Of a DNA stretch of 39,511 nt, positions 1 to 6,977 are shown in pieces. The translations under genes and the position numbers were made by a program. Each line of letters starts with the position of its first letter. Positions within the stretch are counted from its first letter, which is position 1. This DNA is from Pyrinomonadaceae bacterium (GTDB taxonomy: Bacteria > Acidobacteriota > Blastocatellia > Pyrinomonadales > Pyrinomonadaceae): the NCBI GenBank assembly GCA_036280855.1, contig DASUPZ010000239.1, positions 1 to 39,511 on the forward strand. Direction: 5' to 3'. The notes under the pieces are model-generated. The model was not told where the DNA came from and ran no database searches. It saw only the letters and a program-made list of their open reading frames with translations.

Positions 1-81
1 GTGCGCAAGCTGCGCCTCATAGGCTTCGTGAAAAAGCTGGTTCGCTTCGTAACGTCTCGCGGCTGTTGGATCGTCGTCCAT
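1..81 (-). CDS. 5' end of an unidentified protein-coding gene running off the left edge (partial)
   Basis: Minus-strand ATG at 79-81 opens MDDDPTAARRYEANQLFHEAYEAQLAH, which stays open to position 1. Only 27 codons are visible and no domain is recognisable. The annotated + ORF 1..507 reads through a palindromic repeat and is judged spurious. Confidence 0.3.
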   Translation of the reverse strand, partial: MDDDPTAARRYEANQLFHEAYEAQLAH

Positions 82-107
82 AAACCTATCCGGCCCGTCA
101 GGCGCCT

Positions 108-194
108 CCTTGGAGTGCGGCGGCCTGGCGCCGCTTTGGTATTCGATCGAGCGATATCGATAACAAAGCGGCGCCAGGCCGCCGCACTCCAAGG
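108..194. repeat. Composite REP/BIME-like palindromic element, copy 1
   Basis: CCTTGGAGTGCGGCGGCCTGGCGCCGCTTTG (108-138) and its exact reverse complement (164-194) flank a 25-nt spacer. Each 31-nt unit contains its own GC-rich hairpin. Related copies lie at 4048-4141 and 6861-6970. Confidence 0.85.
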
Positions 195-195
195 T

Positions 196-1758
196 CTATT
201 TACAATCCGTGTTCGCCTTTCCCGCTGTGTCCAGGCGTTTAATGCGTCCCTCAACCTTCGGCGCAATCGCCGACACCGACGTGATCGCTTTCTTAACAAC
301 GTCAACGTCGATCGGCGCCTGGTCCGGGGGAATCACGACCTTCGCATTCTTCAGCATCGAATAACCGTCGCCGCCGTCAAGCGCCACAAAGCTCGTAGTG
401 GTCAACGTGTACGTCTTCGTGTTAACAAGCGGCTGCCCATTCACCTTCACATCCACGATCCTCGAACCCGGCGGGCGACTCGCGTCAAACGAGAATTCAA
501 GACCTGACACCTGGGGAAAGCCACCGGGCTCCGCGCCTGGCGCCGTGCGACTAACGCCGTGCTCGAGTGTGGCACGCAACGTTTCGCCTGTCACCTCGAT
601 CTTTACGAGTTTGTTCTTGAACGGGAGAATCGACAAAAGATCCCTTTGCGTCAACTTTCCCACGCTGAGGATGGTGTCGGCGCGGATCGATCCGCCGTTC
701 AGAAGTCCGATGTCGGCGTTGGTCGACTTCCGAAAAGCGTCGGCGATGAAGTTGCCGACGTTCGTTTCCTGAGTGCGGCTTTCAAAACTGCGCGCGTCCA
801 GTGCGACGCTGGTGCTGCCGATCGGCTGGGCCAACTCGGCGAGCAGTGACGAGTACTTCTTATAGATCGCGGTAAACTCAGTCGCTTCCGGCGTCGAACT
901 GTCGACCGGTATCACTTTCCAATCGATACTTTCGAGTTCCCCCGTCGTTGGTGAGATGTTCAGATCGATGCGTCCCATTTCGCGTGCGTCGGCGGTCATC
1001 TTGAAAATCGGCGCCCTGCCCGCATGCGATTCAAGCAACGTGTGTTCGTGGCCGCCGATGATCAGGTTGACGCCCGCGCAACGCGCAACTTCCTTGTCTT
1101 CTCGCATCGACAGGTGGGTCAACGCGATGACAACTTTCACGCCTTGAGCGTGAAGTTGCGACACCATCTCTTTGGCCGTTTCGCATGGACTGCGAAATAC
1201 AACGTTTTCACCCGGCTTTGACGTAGTTTTCGTATCCGGAAGAACCAGGCCAAAGAACCCGACTTTCACCCCGCCAAACTCGCGCACGACGTACGGCGCG
1301 ACATCGGCGAACGGCTTGTTGGTCGTCGTATCGATCACGTTAGCGGCGATCCAGCTAAATTTGGACTCCTTGACCCTTTGTTTCAGCACCTCAGGTCCAA
1401 AGTCAAACTCATGATTTCCAAACGTTGCGTAGTCGAGGCCCGCTGCGTTCCATGCGTCAATCATTTGCGCGCCTTTGTAAGTGATCGACTCGACGGACGG
1501 CGAGATGGTGTCGCCGGCCATGAGCAGGAGGGTGTTTGGATTTTCCTGCTGGATCGCTTTCTTCATCGTCATCACGCGGCCGAGCCCTCCCTTCGTGCCT
1601 TGATCGACGGGCGCAAACTGGTAGACGTCGTTTACCTGAAGGAGCGTGACCTTGACGTTACAGTCCTGCTTCTGTTGCGCCGCGATCGAAAAGATCGTGA
1701 CTGCTAAAAGGACCAGGGCCAGCGCTGTCCGGCGCGCAAACATCAAATGGGCATTCAT
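196..1758 (-). CDS. Secreted bifunctional metallophosphatase / 5'-nucleotidase (UshA-like)
   Basis: 520-aa ORF with an N-terminal signal peptide (RRTALALVLLAVTIFSIAAQ). Calcineurin-type metallophosphatase motifs GDTISPS, GNHEFD and GGHEH are followed by a long 5'-nucleotidase C-terminal-like region. Confidence 0.85.
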   Translation of the reverse strand: MNAHLMFARRTALALVLLAVTIFSIAAQQKQDCNVKVTLLQVNDVYQFAPVDQGTKGGLGRVMTMKKAIQQENPNTLLLMAGDTISPSVESITYKGAQMIDAWNAAGLDYATFGNHEFDFGPEVLKQRVKESKFSWIAANVIDTTTNKPFADVAPYVVREFGGVKVGFFGLVLPDTKTTSKPGENVVFRSPCETAKEMVSQLHAQGVKVVIALTHLSMREDKEVARCAGVNLIIGGHEHTLLESHAGRAPIFKMTADAREMGRIDLNISPTTGELESIDWKVIPVDSSTPEATEFTAIYKKYSSLLAELAQPIGSTSVALDARSFESRTQETNVGNFIADAFRKSTNADIGLLNGGSIRADTILSVGKLTQRDLLSILPFKNKLVKIEVTGETLRATLEHGVSRTAPGAEPGGFPQVSGLEFSFDASRPPGSRIVDVKVNGQPLVNTKTYTLTTTSFVALDGGDGYSMLKNAKVVIPPDQAPIDVDVVKKAITSVSAIAPKVEGRIKRLDTAGKANTDCK

Positions 1759-1846
1759 GCGAGTGACCTTTCGCTTGTTGTGGAGATTTTAATAGGTCTT
1801 ATATGAGCTATACGACCTATTGCACAGAGTATACTCGGGGTCTTCA

Positions 1847-2917
1847 ATGCCGGATAGAGAAACACTATTCATTACCGGATTTCCGGGTTTTATCGCGAAC
1901 CGCTTGCTGGAACGTCTCGCCGAGCGCGACTGTCGTTTCATACTGCTCGTGCAGCCCGCTCTCGCGACGCGCGCGCGTGACGAGATCGCGCGGCTCATGG
2001 CGTTGAGCGGAAAGACCGCTGACGACTTTCAAATCGTCGAAGGTGACATCAGCGAAGCCGGGCTCGCATTGAAAGCTGCAGATCTCAATCTGGTCCGCCA
2101 GCAAACCACGCGCGTTTTCCACCTCGCCGCGATCTACGATCTCGCCGTTCCTCGTGAACCTGCTATGCGTGTGAACCCGGGCGGCACTCGCAACGTGCTC
2201 GACGTCGTCCGTTCCCTTCCGCACCTGCGCCAGTTTCATCACGTCTCGACCTGCTACGTTGCGGGGAAACGTGAAGGCGTGATCCTCGAAACAGAGCTTC
2301 GACACGAAGCAGGCTTTCGGAATTTTTACGAAGAGTCGAAGTATCTCGCGGAACTGGAAGTCGAATCAGCGAAGAGTGAGCTGCCTGTTACGATTCACCG
2401 CCCGGCGGTTGTTTGCGGTCATTCCAAAACCGGTGAAACGGGGAAGTACGACGGCGTTTATTATCTGATTAACTACCTTCTGCGTTGGCCCAGCGGGCTT
2501 TCGTTGATCAATATCGGAAATCATGAAGTCAGTTTGAATCTCGTGCCGGTGGATTTTGTCGTCGACGCGATGGCGGCCTTAGCTTTTGACGAAAGCGCGA
2601 TCGGCAAAACGTTGCAGCTCGCCGATCCCGCTCCGCTCACAACCAACCAGCTATTCAACTCAATAGCCAAATCGATCGACAATCATCAATCCCGCATCAC
2701 CGCTCCACGGTCATGGGTCTATTTCTTCCTCATGCTTCCGCATGCGCCGAAGATCTCGCACCTGCCACACCATGCCGTCCCCTACTTCTTCGTCAAGCAA
2801 CTCTACGACACGAGCCAGGCCCAGCAACTTCTCGCCCCGCACCACATCCACTGCCCACCCTTCGAAACTTACGTCAACAACATCGTCAATTACGCTCGGC
2901 ATCATCCGGTGCTTTAA
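1847..2917 (+). CDS. Extended SDR family NAD(P)-dependent reductase (NAD_binding_4 / thioester or fatty-acyl-CoA reductase-like)
   Basis: Rossmann motif FITGFPGFIANRL near the N-terminus, catalytic YxxxK (YEESK), and HRPAVVCGHSKTGE typical of this subfamily. ATG 1847 is preferred over the in-frame TTG at 1820. Confidence 0.7.
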   Translation: MPDRETLFITGFPGFIANRLLERLAERDCRFILLVQPALATRARDEIARLMALSGKTADDFQIVEGDISEAGLALKAADLNLVRQQTTRVFHLAAIYDLAVPREPAMRVNPGGTRNVLDVVRSLPHLRQFHHVSTCYVAGKREGVILETELRHEAGFRNFYEESKYLAELEVESAKSELPVTIHRPAVVCGHSKTGETGKYDGVYYLINYLLRWPSGLSLINIGNHEVSLNLVPVDFVVDAMAALAFDESAIGKTLQLADPAPLTTNQLFNSIAKSIDNHQSRITAPRSWVYFFLMLPHAPKISHLPHHAVPYFFVKQLYDTSQAQQLLAPHHIHCPPFETYVNNIVNYARHHPVL

Positions 2918-2980
2918 GTTCAGAGTTCAGCCTTTAGGCTGCTCTTTGCCCGCGGACAAGCTAAAGCTTGAACTCTGAAC
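2918..2980. repeat. Imperfect 20-bp inverted repeat (hairpin) directly after the SDR stop codon; possible terminator or REP-type element
   Basis: GTTCAGAGTTCAGCCTTTAG (2918-2937) pairs with CTAAAGCTTGAACTCTGAAC (2961-2980), 18 of 20 complementary, with a 23-nt loop. There is no clear T-tract. Confidence 0.6.
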
Positions 2981-2997
2981 TGGCTGCTTGACAATCC

Positions 2998-3025
2998 GTG
3001 GGTTTAGAATTAGTCTAAATCCACT
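2998..3025 (+). promoter_or_regulatory. Candidate Fur-family (PerR-type) 7-1-7 operator abutting the perR-like start codon
   Basis: GTGGGTTTAGAAT-T-AGTCTAAATCCAC is an imperfect palindrome. Its core TTAGAAT-T-AGTCTAA (3004-3018) resembles the TTATAAT-N-ATTATAA Per/Fur box architecture. It ends 1 nt before GTG 3026. Confidence 0.45.
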
Positions 3026-3442
3026 GTGAAGGACACAAAGCAAAAGCCGAAGCTGACGCCGCAGCGGGAGGCGGTCTACCAGGTCATCCAGGAACGTGAC
3101 GACCACCCGACGGCCAGCGATATTTTCGAGGCCGCGCGCCGGCGTCTGCCCAGTATCAGCTACGCAACCGTCTACAACTCGTTGCGCTACCTGAAAGAAG
3201 CCGGGCTCGTGCTCGAAATAAGTTTTGGAGACAGCGCCAGTCGTTACGACCGCGAAACTCACCGGCACGACCACGCCATCTGCAACGATTGCGGAAAGCT
3301 GGTCGACTTTGATTTGCCGGATACAGCGAAACTTATGCAAGCCGCCGCTCGCAAATCTCATTTTAAGCCGCAGTCGGTTCACCTGACGTTACGCGGGTAT
3401 TGTCCCGACTGCGTGACAGGAAATTCAGCAATAACTAGTTAA
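3026..3442 (+). CDS. perR: Fur-family peroxide-responsive transcriptional regulator (PerR-like)
   Basis: 138 aa with a winged-helix segment (SISYATVYNSLRYLKEAGLV). FGDSASRYD...HRHDHAICNDCGKLVDF...GYCPDC matches the PerR metal sites (His/Asp regulatory site plus two CxxC pairs). It sits directly upstream of a peroxiredoxin. GTG start; there is no internal Met before residue ~104. Confidence 0.75.
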   Translation: MKDTKQKPKLTPQREAVYQVIQERDDHPTASDIFEAARRRLPSISYATVYNSLRYLKEAGLVLEISFGDSASRYDRETHRHDHAICNDCGKLVDFDLPDTAKLMQAAARKSHFKPQSVHLTLRGYCPDCVTGNSAITS

Positions 3443-3468
3443 CGGAACTAAATTCATTTGGAGGATAC

Positions 3469-4038
3469 ATGACAGCAGCAGCAACAGCAGTAGCAGCAGA
3501 CAAGGCGATGGTGGGCCAGCCCGCGCCGGATTTCGAAATGGCCTCGACTAAGAACATTGAGAAGCTCAACGAGCCCGTCAAACTTTCCGAATACAGAGGC
3601 AAGTGGCTCGTACTCGTTTTCTATCCACTCGATTTCACGTTCGTTTGCCCGACGGAGCTGACGACGTTCAGCGATCGTTACCAGGACTTCGTCGATATCG
3701 GCGCGGACATCATCGGTATTTCGACAGACTCGGTCTATTCGCACCGTGCCTGGTTGAACACGCCGCGCGACAACGGTGGCGTTCAGGGCTTGAAGTACCC
3801 GTTGGCGGCTGATGCGACGAAGAAAGTCGCAAGTGATTACGGCGTTTTGATCGAGAGCCGCGGTATCGCGTTGCGTGGACTTTTCGTGATCGATCCTGAA
3901 GGCATTCTTCGTTACAAGGTCGTTCACGATTTGAACGTTGGCCGTTCGGCAGAAGAAACTCTGCGCGTGATTCAGGCGTTGCAGACCGGCGGTCTTTGCC
4001 AGGCTGAGTGGAAGCCAGGGCAGAAGACACTTAACTAA
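3469..4038 (+). CDS. ahpC: Typical 2-Cys peroxiredoxin (AhpC/Prx1 family)
   Basis: Peroxidatic-Cys motif FYPLDFTFVCPTE and a resolving Cys in the C-terminal GGLCQAEW. Strong SD (GGAGGA) lies 6 nt before ATG 3469. An alternative start at 3508 (MVGQPAPDF) would remove the Ala-rich extension. Confidence 0.9.
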   Translation: MTAAATAVAADKAMVGQPAPDFEMASTKNIEKLNEPVKLSEYRGKWLVLVFYPLDFTFVCPTELTTFSDRYQDFVDIGADIIGISTDSVYSHRAWLNTPRDNGGVQGLKYPLAADATKKVASDYGVLIESRGIALRGLFVIDPEGILRYKVVHDLNVGRSAEETLRVIQALQTGGLCQAEWKPGQKTLN

Positions 4039-4047
4039 CACGAACCT

Positions 4048-4141
4048 CCTTGGAGTGCGGTGACTAGTCACCGCTTTGGTCCTACTGCGGAATGCATGCT
4101 GTCTCGGGACCAAAGCGCCGACAAGTCGGCGCACTCCAAGG
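4048..4141. repeat. Composite REP/BIME-like palindromic element, copy 2
   Basis: CCTTGGAGTGCGGTGACTAGTCACCGCTTTG (4048-4078) is inverted relative to CAAAGCGCCGACAAGTCGGCGCACTCCAAGG (4111-4141). The inner hairpin stems differ between arms but each stays self-complementary. Confidence 0.85.
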
Positions 4142-4147
4142 AGGCGC

Positions 4148-4630
4148 ATGAACTTAGAGACAATAACGATGGCGATGAAGATTGGAACACAGTTGCCCGG
4201 CTTCGAAGGGGCAACAGAGTGGTTTGGCGGAACACAGGCCCACGTGGAATCAGAGATCGCGGGCCATCCGACCCTGGTTCACTTTTGGTCGGCAAGCTGC
4301 GGGATCTGCAAAGACAACCTGCCGCGCGTCGCGGAATGGCGCGATGAGAAAAGAGATCAGGGTCTGCGTGTAATAGGCGTTCACATGCCTCGCTATGAAA
4401 GCGATACCGACGTCGAGGCAGTGCGCGATCTAATTGGCAAGTATGGGATCACGGAACCGGTTGCGGTTGATAACGAACACCGTTTGAAAGACGCATTCCA
4501 GAACGATCAAGGCTACGTGCCTGCGTATTACCTGTTTGACGCCGAAGGAAAGCTTAGATGTTTTGCCGCGGGTGAGCGCGGGCTGGATATGTTGAAGACA
4601 GCGGTCGAGCGTGTTTTATCGACCAACTAA
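4148..4630 (+). CDS. Thioredoxin-fold thiol-disulfide oxidoreductase (redoxin, YkuV/TlpA-like), apparently cytoplasmic
   Basis: The CxxC active site in HFWSASCGICKDNLP and the rest of the sequence fit the redoxin fold. No signal peptide. The ORF upstream of 4148 is REP-derived. ATG 4148 is preceded by AAGGAGG (4138-4144); ATGs at 4169 and 4175 are alternatives. Confidence 0.75.
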   Translation: MNLETITMAMKIGTQLPGFEGATEWFGGTQAHVESEIAGHPTLVHFWSASCGICKDNLPRVAEWRDEKRDQGLRVIGVHMPRYESDTDVEAVRDLIGKYGITEPVAVDNEHRLKDAFQNDQGYVPAYYLFDAEGKLRCFAAGERGLDMLKTAVERVLSTN

Positions 4631-5142
4631 GATCCCGCTAGTAGTTCCCACAACCGGGTCAAAAGATAGACACTGACGGCGGCGCTGGCGATTGCGAGTG
4701 CCGCCAGCACAACGATAATCCCACCGACAAAAAGCCAGTCACTGGCTCGTCCTGCTCGCACTTCATCCGGCGAAACTGTCGCTCGCTTGTTGAGCAGTTC
4801 GAGGTTTTTCCGGTTCGACTTCCACCACGCGTCTGCCAAATCTCCAACGAGGGGCAACGAGCCAAGCAAGTAGTCGATCCCGATGTTCAGGCCCATGCGC
4901 AGCATTGTGATTTTCGGAACGCGATAACGAACGGCGGCGGCGAGGATGTAGAACGAGACGAGTGTGGTGCTGGTATCGCCGAGTACCGGGATGAGCCCGG
5001 TCAGTGCGTCGAGTCCAAAGCGCCAGCCGAGGACGGGCACTCTGAAGACGTCGTCCATGAGCCATCCCAAACGGTCGAGGCTCTTGTCTACACCGGCGGC
5101 GTCGGTTTGACGGCTCAGCGGATACGCGTTACTTGCTGCCAA
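4627..5142 (-). CDS. DUF4112 family membrane protein
   Basis: MDDVFRVPVLGWRFGLDALTGLIPVLGDTSTTLVSFYIL...LPLVGDLADAWWKSNRKN matches the DUF4112 signature as I recall it, and hydrophobic segments are present. The TTG start at 5142 overlaps the upstream gene end, so the start is uncertain. Confidence 0.65.
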   Translation of the reverse strand: MAASNAYPLSRQTDAAGVDKSLDRLGWLMDDVFRVPVLGWRFGLDALTGLIPVLGDTSTTLVSFYILAAAVRYRVPKITMLRMGLNIGIDYLLGSLPLVGDLADAWWKSNRKNLELLNKRATVSPDEVRAGRASDWLFVGGIIVVLAALAIASAAVSVYLLTRLWELLAGS

Positions 5143-6917
5143 AAGAACTTCCCCACTTTCGCTACGGCATTAAACGGGTTATCACCCGACTTTTGGGGAG
5201 GCTGTTTTGCGGTAATTCCCAGCGTTGCGGCTAACTCCTGATCCGGGGGCGCGATGTCTTCGTCACCTCGCTTCGCAGTCAGCCAGCGGGTAAATGTACG
5301 TCCAATCATCCGCCTTTGTTCGACCGGGGCTTCGGCCACGAGCGCGATCCGCAGGTCTTCAAGCTGCGCAATCTCGTGAAGATTTGCCTGGTAGTAGTTG
5401 CGGAGCGCGGCAAACATCTTCTCGTCGCCGAGCGTCTTTTGCAGATCGACAAACATCAACGCACCTTTCGCACTCACGATCGCTGTGTACTGGAACGTGT
5501 TGCGATAGTCGCGCGTGGGGCGATTAGCGTCCATGTCGTCGCCGCCGAAGGTGCGATAGAGACGATAGACACCACGCACCTGATCGTTAAGAACAGCCGC
5601 CGCTTTTTCCTGACCGTACATGCGTTGGTAGTAGAGCAGCGCCGACCACGACGTGAGAGCTTCGTCGAGCAAAGGCTCGCGCGCGGGATCGTTGCCGACG
5701 CCGACGCCCCACCACTGGTGCGCGACGAGATGCGCGACCGCCCATTCAAGACTCTCCTCGACTGACGGCCGTTGCTCGCGAATGATCTCGGGCAGGTTGC
5801 GAACGGTGGGCGAGTCGAAATCGACGTAATAGGCGCTGGCGATTACGTTGAGACCCGAAAATTCGCAACTTCCCAGTCCGGCAACGAGTGGCACTTCAGC
5901 GATGCTGATGGTCTTGTAAGGCAGTGGTCCAAAAAGCGTATTGAAAGTTCGCAACGCGTTTGCAGCGACCGTGAGCGCGCGTTTACCGACGCGTTCATGC
6001 TCCGCGAGATAGATCGATCTGACGTCGACGCCCTGCACTTCCGTGTGTTCGCTGCGCAGCCCGCGTCCGGCGAGAATCGCGAAGTCGCGAAACGCCGAGG
6101 CAGTGAACGTTTGGCCTTTATCGGTTCTGCTGCCCGTTTCAGTGCCGGAAGTGAAGACTTCAACGCCTTGATTTATCGAGACTGTGACTTCGTAATCCGC
6201 GGCTTCATTGAAGATAACATCGCCGACTGACGGTTCGAGCTTGCGTCGCCACTCGTCGCCGTCACGCACGGCGAGCACTGGATAGGCGGAGCCGAGAAGC
6301 ATCACGCCACGACAGCGGAAGTTGATGTCGCGAGCGCGTCGCATTTCCCGATCGTCTCTCAAAGCAGCGCTGACCTGTTTCACGACGTGCGTCGTGAGGC
6401 TCGTTTCATCGCGATCGATTTCGGGCACGGAGCCTTTGAACTTGATGACGACTTCAGTTGAGGATTCAGGAGCGACGGGTTCACGCAGATTAACGCGGAG
6501 TGTCGTGCCTTGATCGTCGAGTGAAGAAAAAAGTGGTGAATCGTCTACGCCCGCGCGTACTTCGACGACGTCGAGACGCGGCTCATCTGTTTCGGCCGGC
6601 GCTGAACTGTTTGGTTGAAACTGCTGATCGCCGGTGCGCAGGTTTGGATAGAGATGAAAGTAGATGATCGACGTGGATTTCTCGCCGCGATTGACCCAGC
6701 GAACTCGTTCGACGCCCGTGTAAGTAAGGTTTTCGAAGTCGATCTTCAGATCGATCTTGTAAGAGTGTCTTTGGACTTCCTTCGCCGGCTGCTGCCCATG
6801 CGCCACACCCGCGTAAACGAGGCTAACAAAGATGCACACGGCCAAAAGCTCAACGCTACTCCTTGGAGTGCGGCGACTTGTCGCCGCTTTGGTCCAACCT
6901 TTACAAAATGCTTTCAT
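5115..6917 (-). CDS. Secreted M1-family (aminopeptidase N-like) protein with a non-canonical HLVAH zinc motif
   Basis: WAVAHLVAHQWWG...(X18)...E in LLDEALTSW aligns to M1 HEXXH-X18-E, but the Glu after the first His is Leu (CTC, 5727-5729). GSCEF occupies the GxMEN position. The hydrophobic N-terminus LLAVCIFVSLVYAGVAHG looks like a signal peptide. The start is uncertain (ATG 6917 in the REP spacer, TTG 6845, or ORF maximum 6953) because the 5' end runs into REP copy 3. Confidence 0.7.
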   Translation of the reverse strand: MKAFCKGWTKAATSRRTPRSSVELLAVCIFVSLVYAGVAHGQQPAKEVQRHSYKIDLKIDFENLTYTGVERVRWVNRGEKSTSIIYFHLYPNLRTGDQQFQPNSSAPAETDEPRLDVVEVRAGVDDSPLFSSLDDQGTTLRVNLREPVAPESSTEVVIKFKGSVPEIDRDETSLTTHVVKQVSAALRDDREMRRARDINFRCRGVMLLGSAYPVLAVRDGDEWRRKLEPSVGDVIFNEAADYEVTVSINQGVEVFTSGTETGSRTDKGQTFTASAFRDFAILAGRGLRSEHTEVQGVDVRSIYLAEHERVGKRALTVAANALRTFNTLFGPLPYKTISIAEVPLVAGLGSCEFSGLNVIASAYYVDFDSPTVRNLPEIIREQRPSVEESLEWAVAHLVAHQWWGVGVGNDPAREPLLDEALTSWSALLYYQRMYGQEKAAAVLNDQVRGVYRLYRTFGGDDMDANRPTRDYRNTFQYTAIVSAKGALMFVDLQKTLGDEKMFAALRNYYQANLHEIAQLEDLRIALVAEAPVEQRRMIGRTFTRWLTAKRGDEDIAPPDQELAATLGITAKQPPQKSGDNPFNAVAKVGKFFWQQVTRIR

Positions 6918-6970
6918 AGACTGCTTCAATACTCGGGACCAAAGCGGCGACAAGTCGCCGCACTCCAGGG
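6861..6970. repeat. Composite REP/BIME-like palindromic element, copy 3
   Basis: CCTTGGAGTGCGGCGACTTGTCGCCGCTTTG (6861-6891) is inverted relative to CAAAGCGGCGACAAGTCGCCGCACTCCAGGG (6940-6970), with one mismatch and a 48-nt spacer. Confidence 0.85.
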
Positions 6971-6977
6971 AGTCGCT

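Noticed and set aside
1-507. Long ORFs reading through the REP elements (1..507 +, 3454..4149 -, 4060..4347 +, 6615..7139 +, 6832..7092 +), several sharing ...SRRTPR / SHRTPRR / AALQG-type peptides.
   Set aside because: They run antisense to, or overlap, well-supported genes. Their similarity to each other comes only from translating the palindromic repeat, and no domains or start contexts are present.
3472-3501. A GCA/ACA triplet-rich tract (ACAGCAGCAGCAACAGCAGTAGCAGCAGAC) at the 5' end of the peroxiredoxin gene as a phase-variable simple-sequence repeat.
   Set aside because: The tract is imperfect and short, and unit changes would stay in frame. It most likely just encodes an Ala-rich N-terminal extension, or lies upstream of the true start at 3508.
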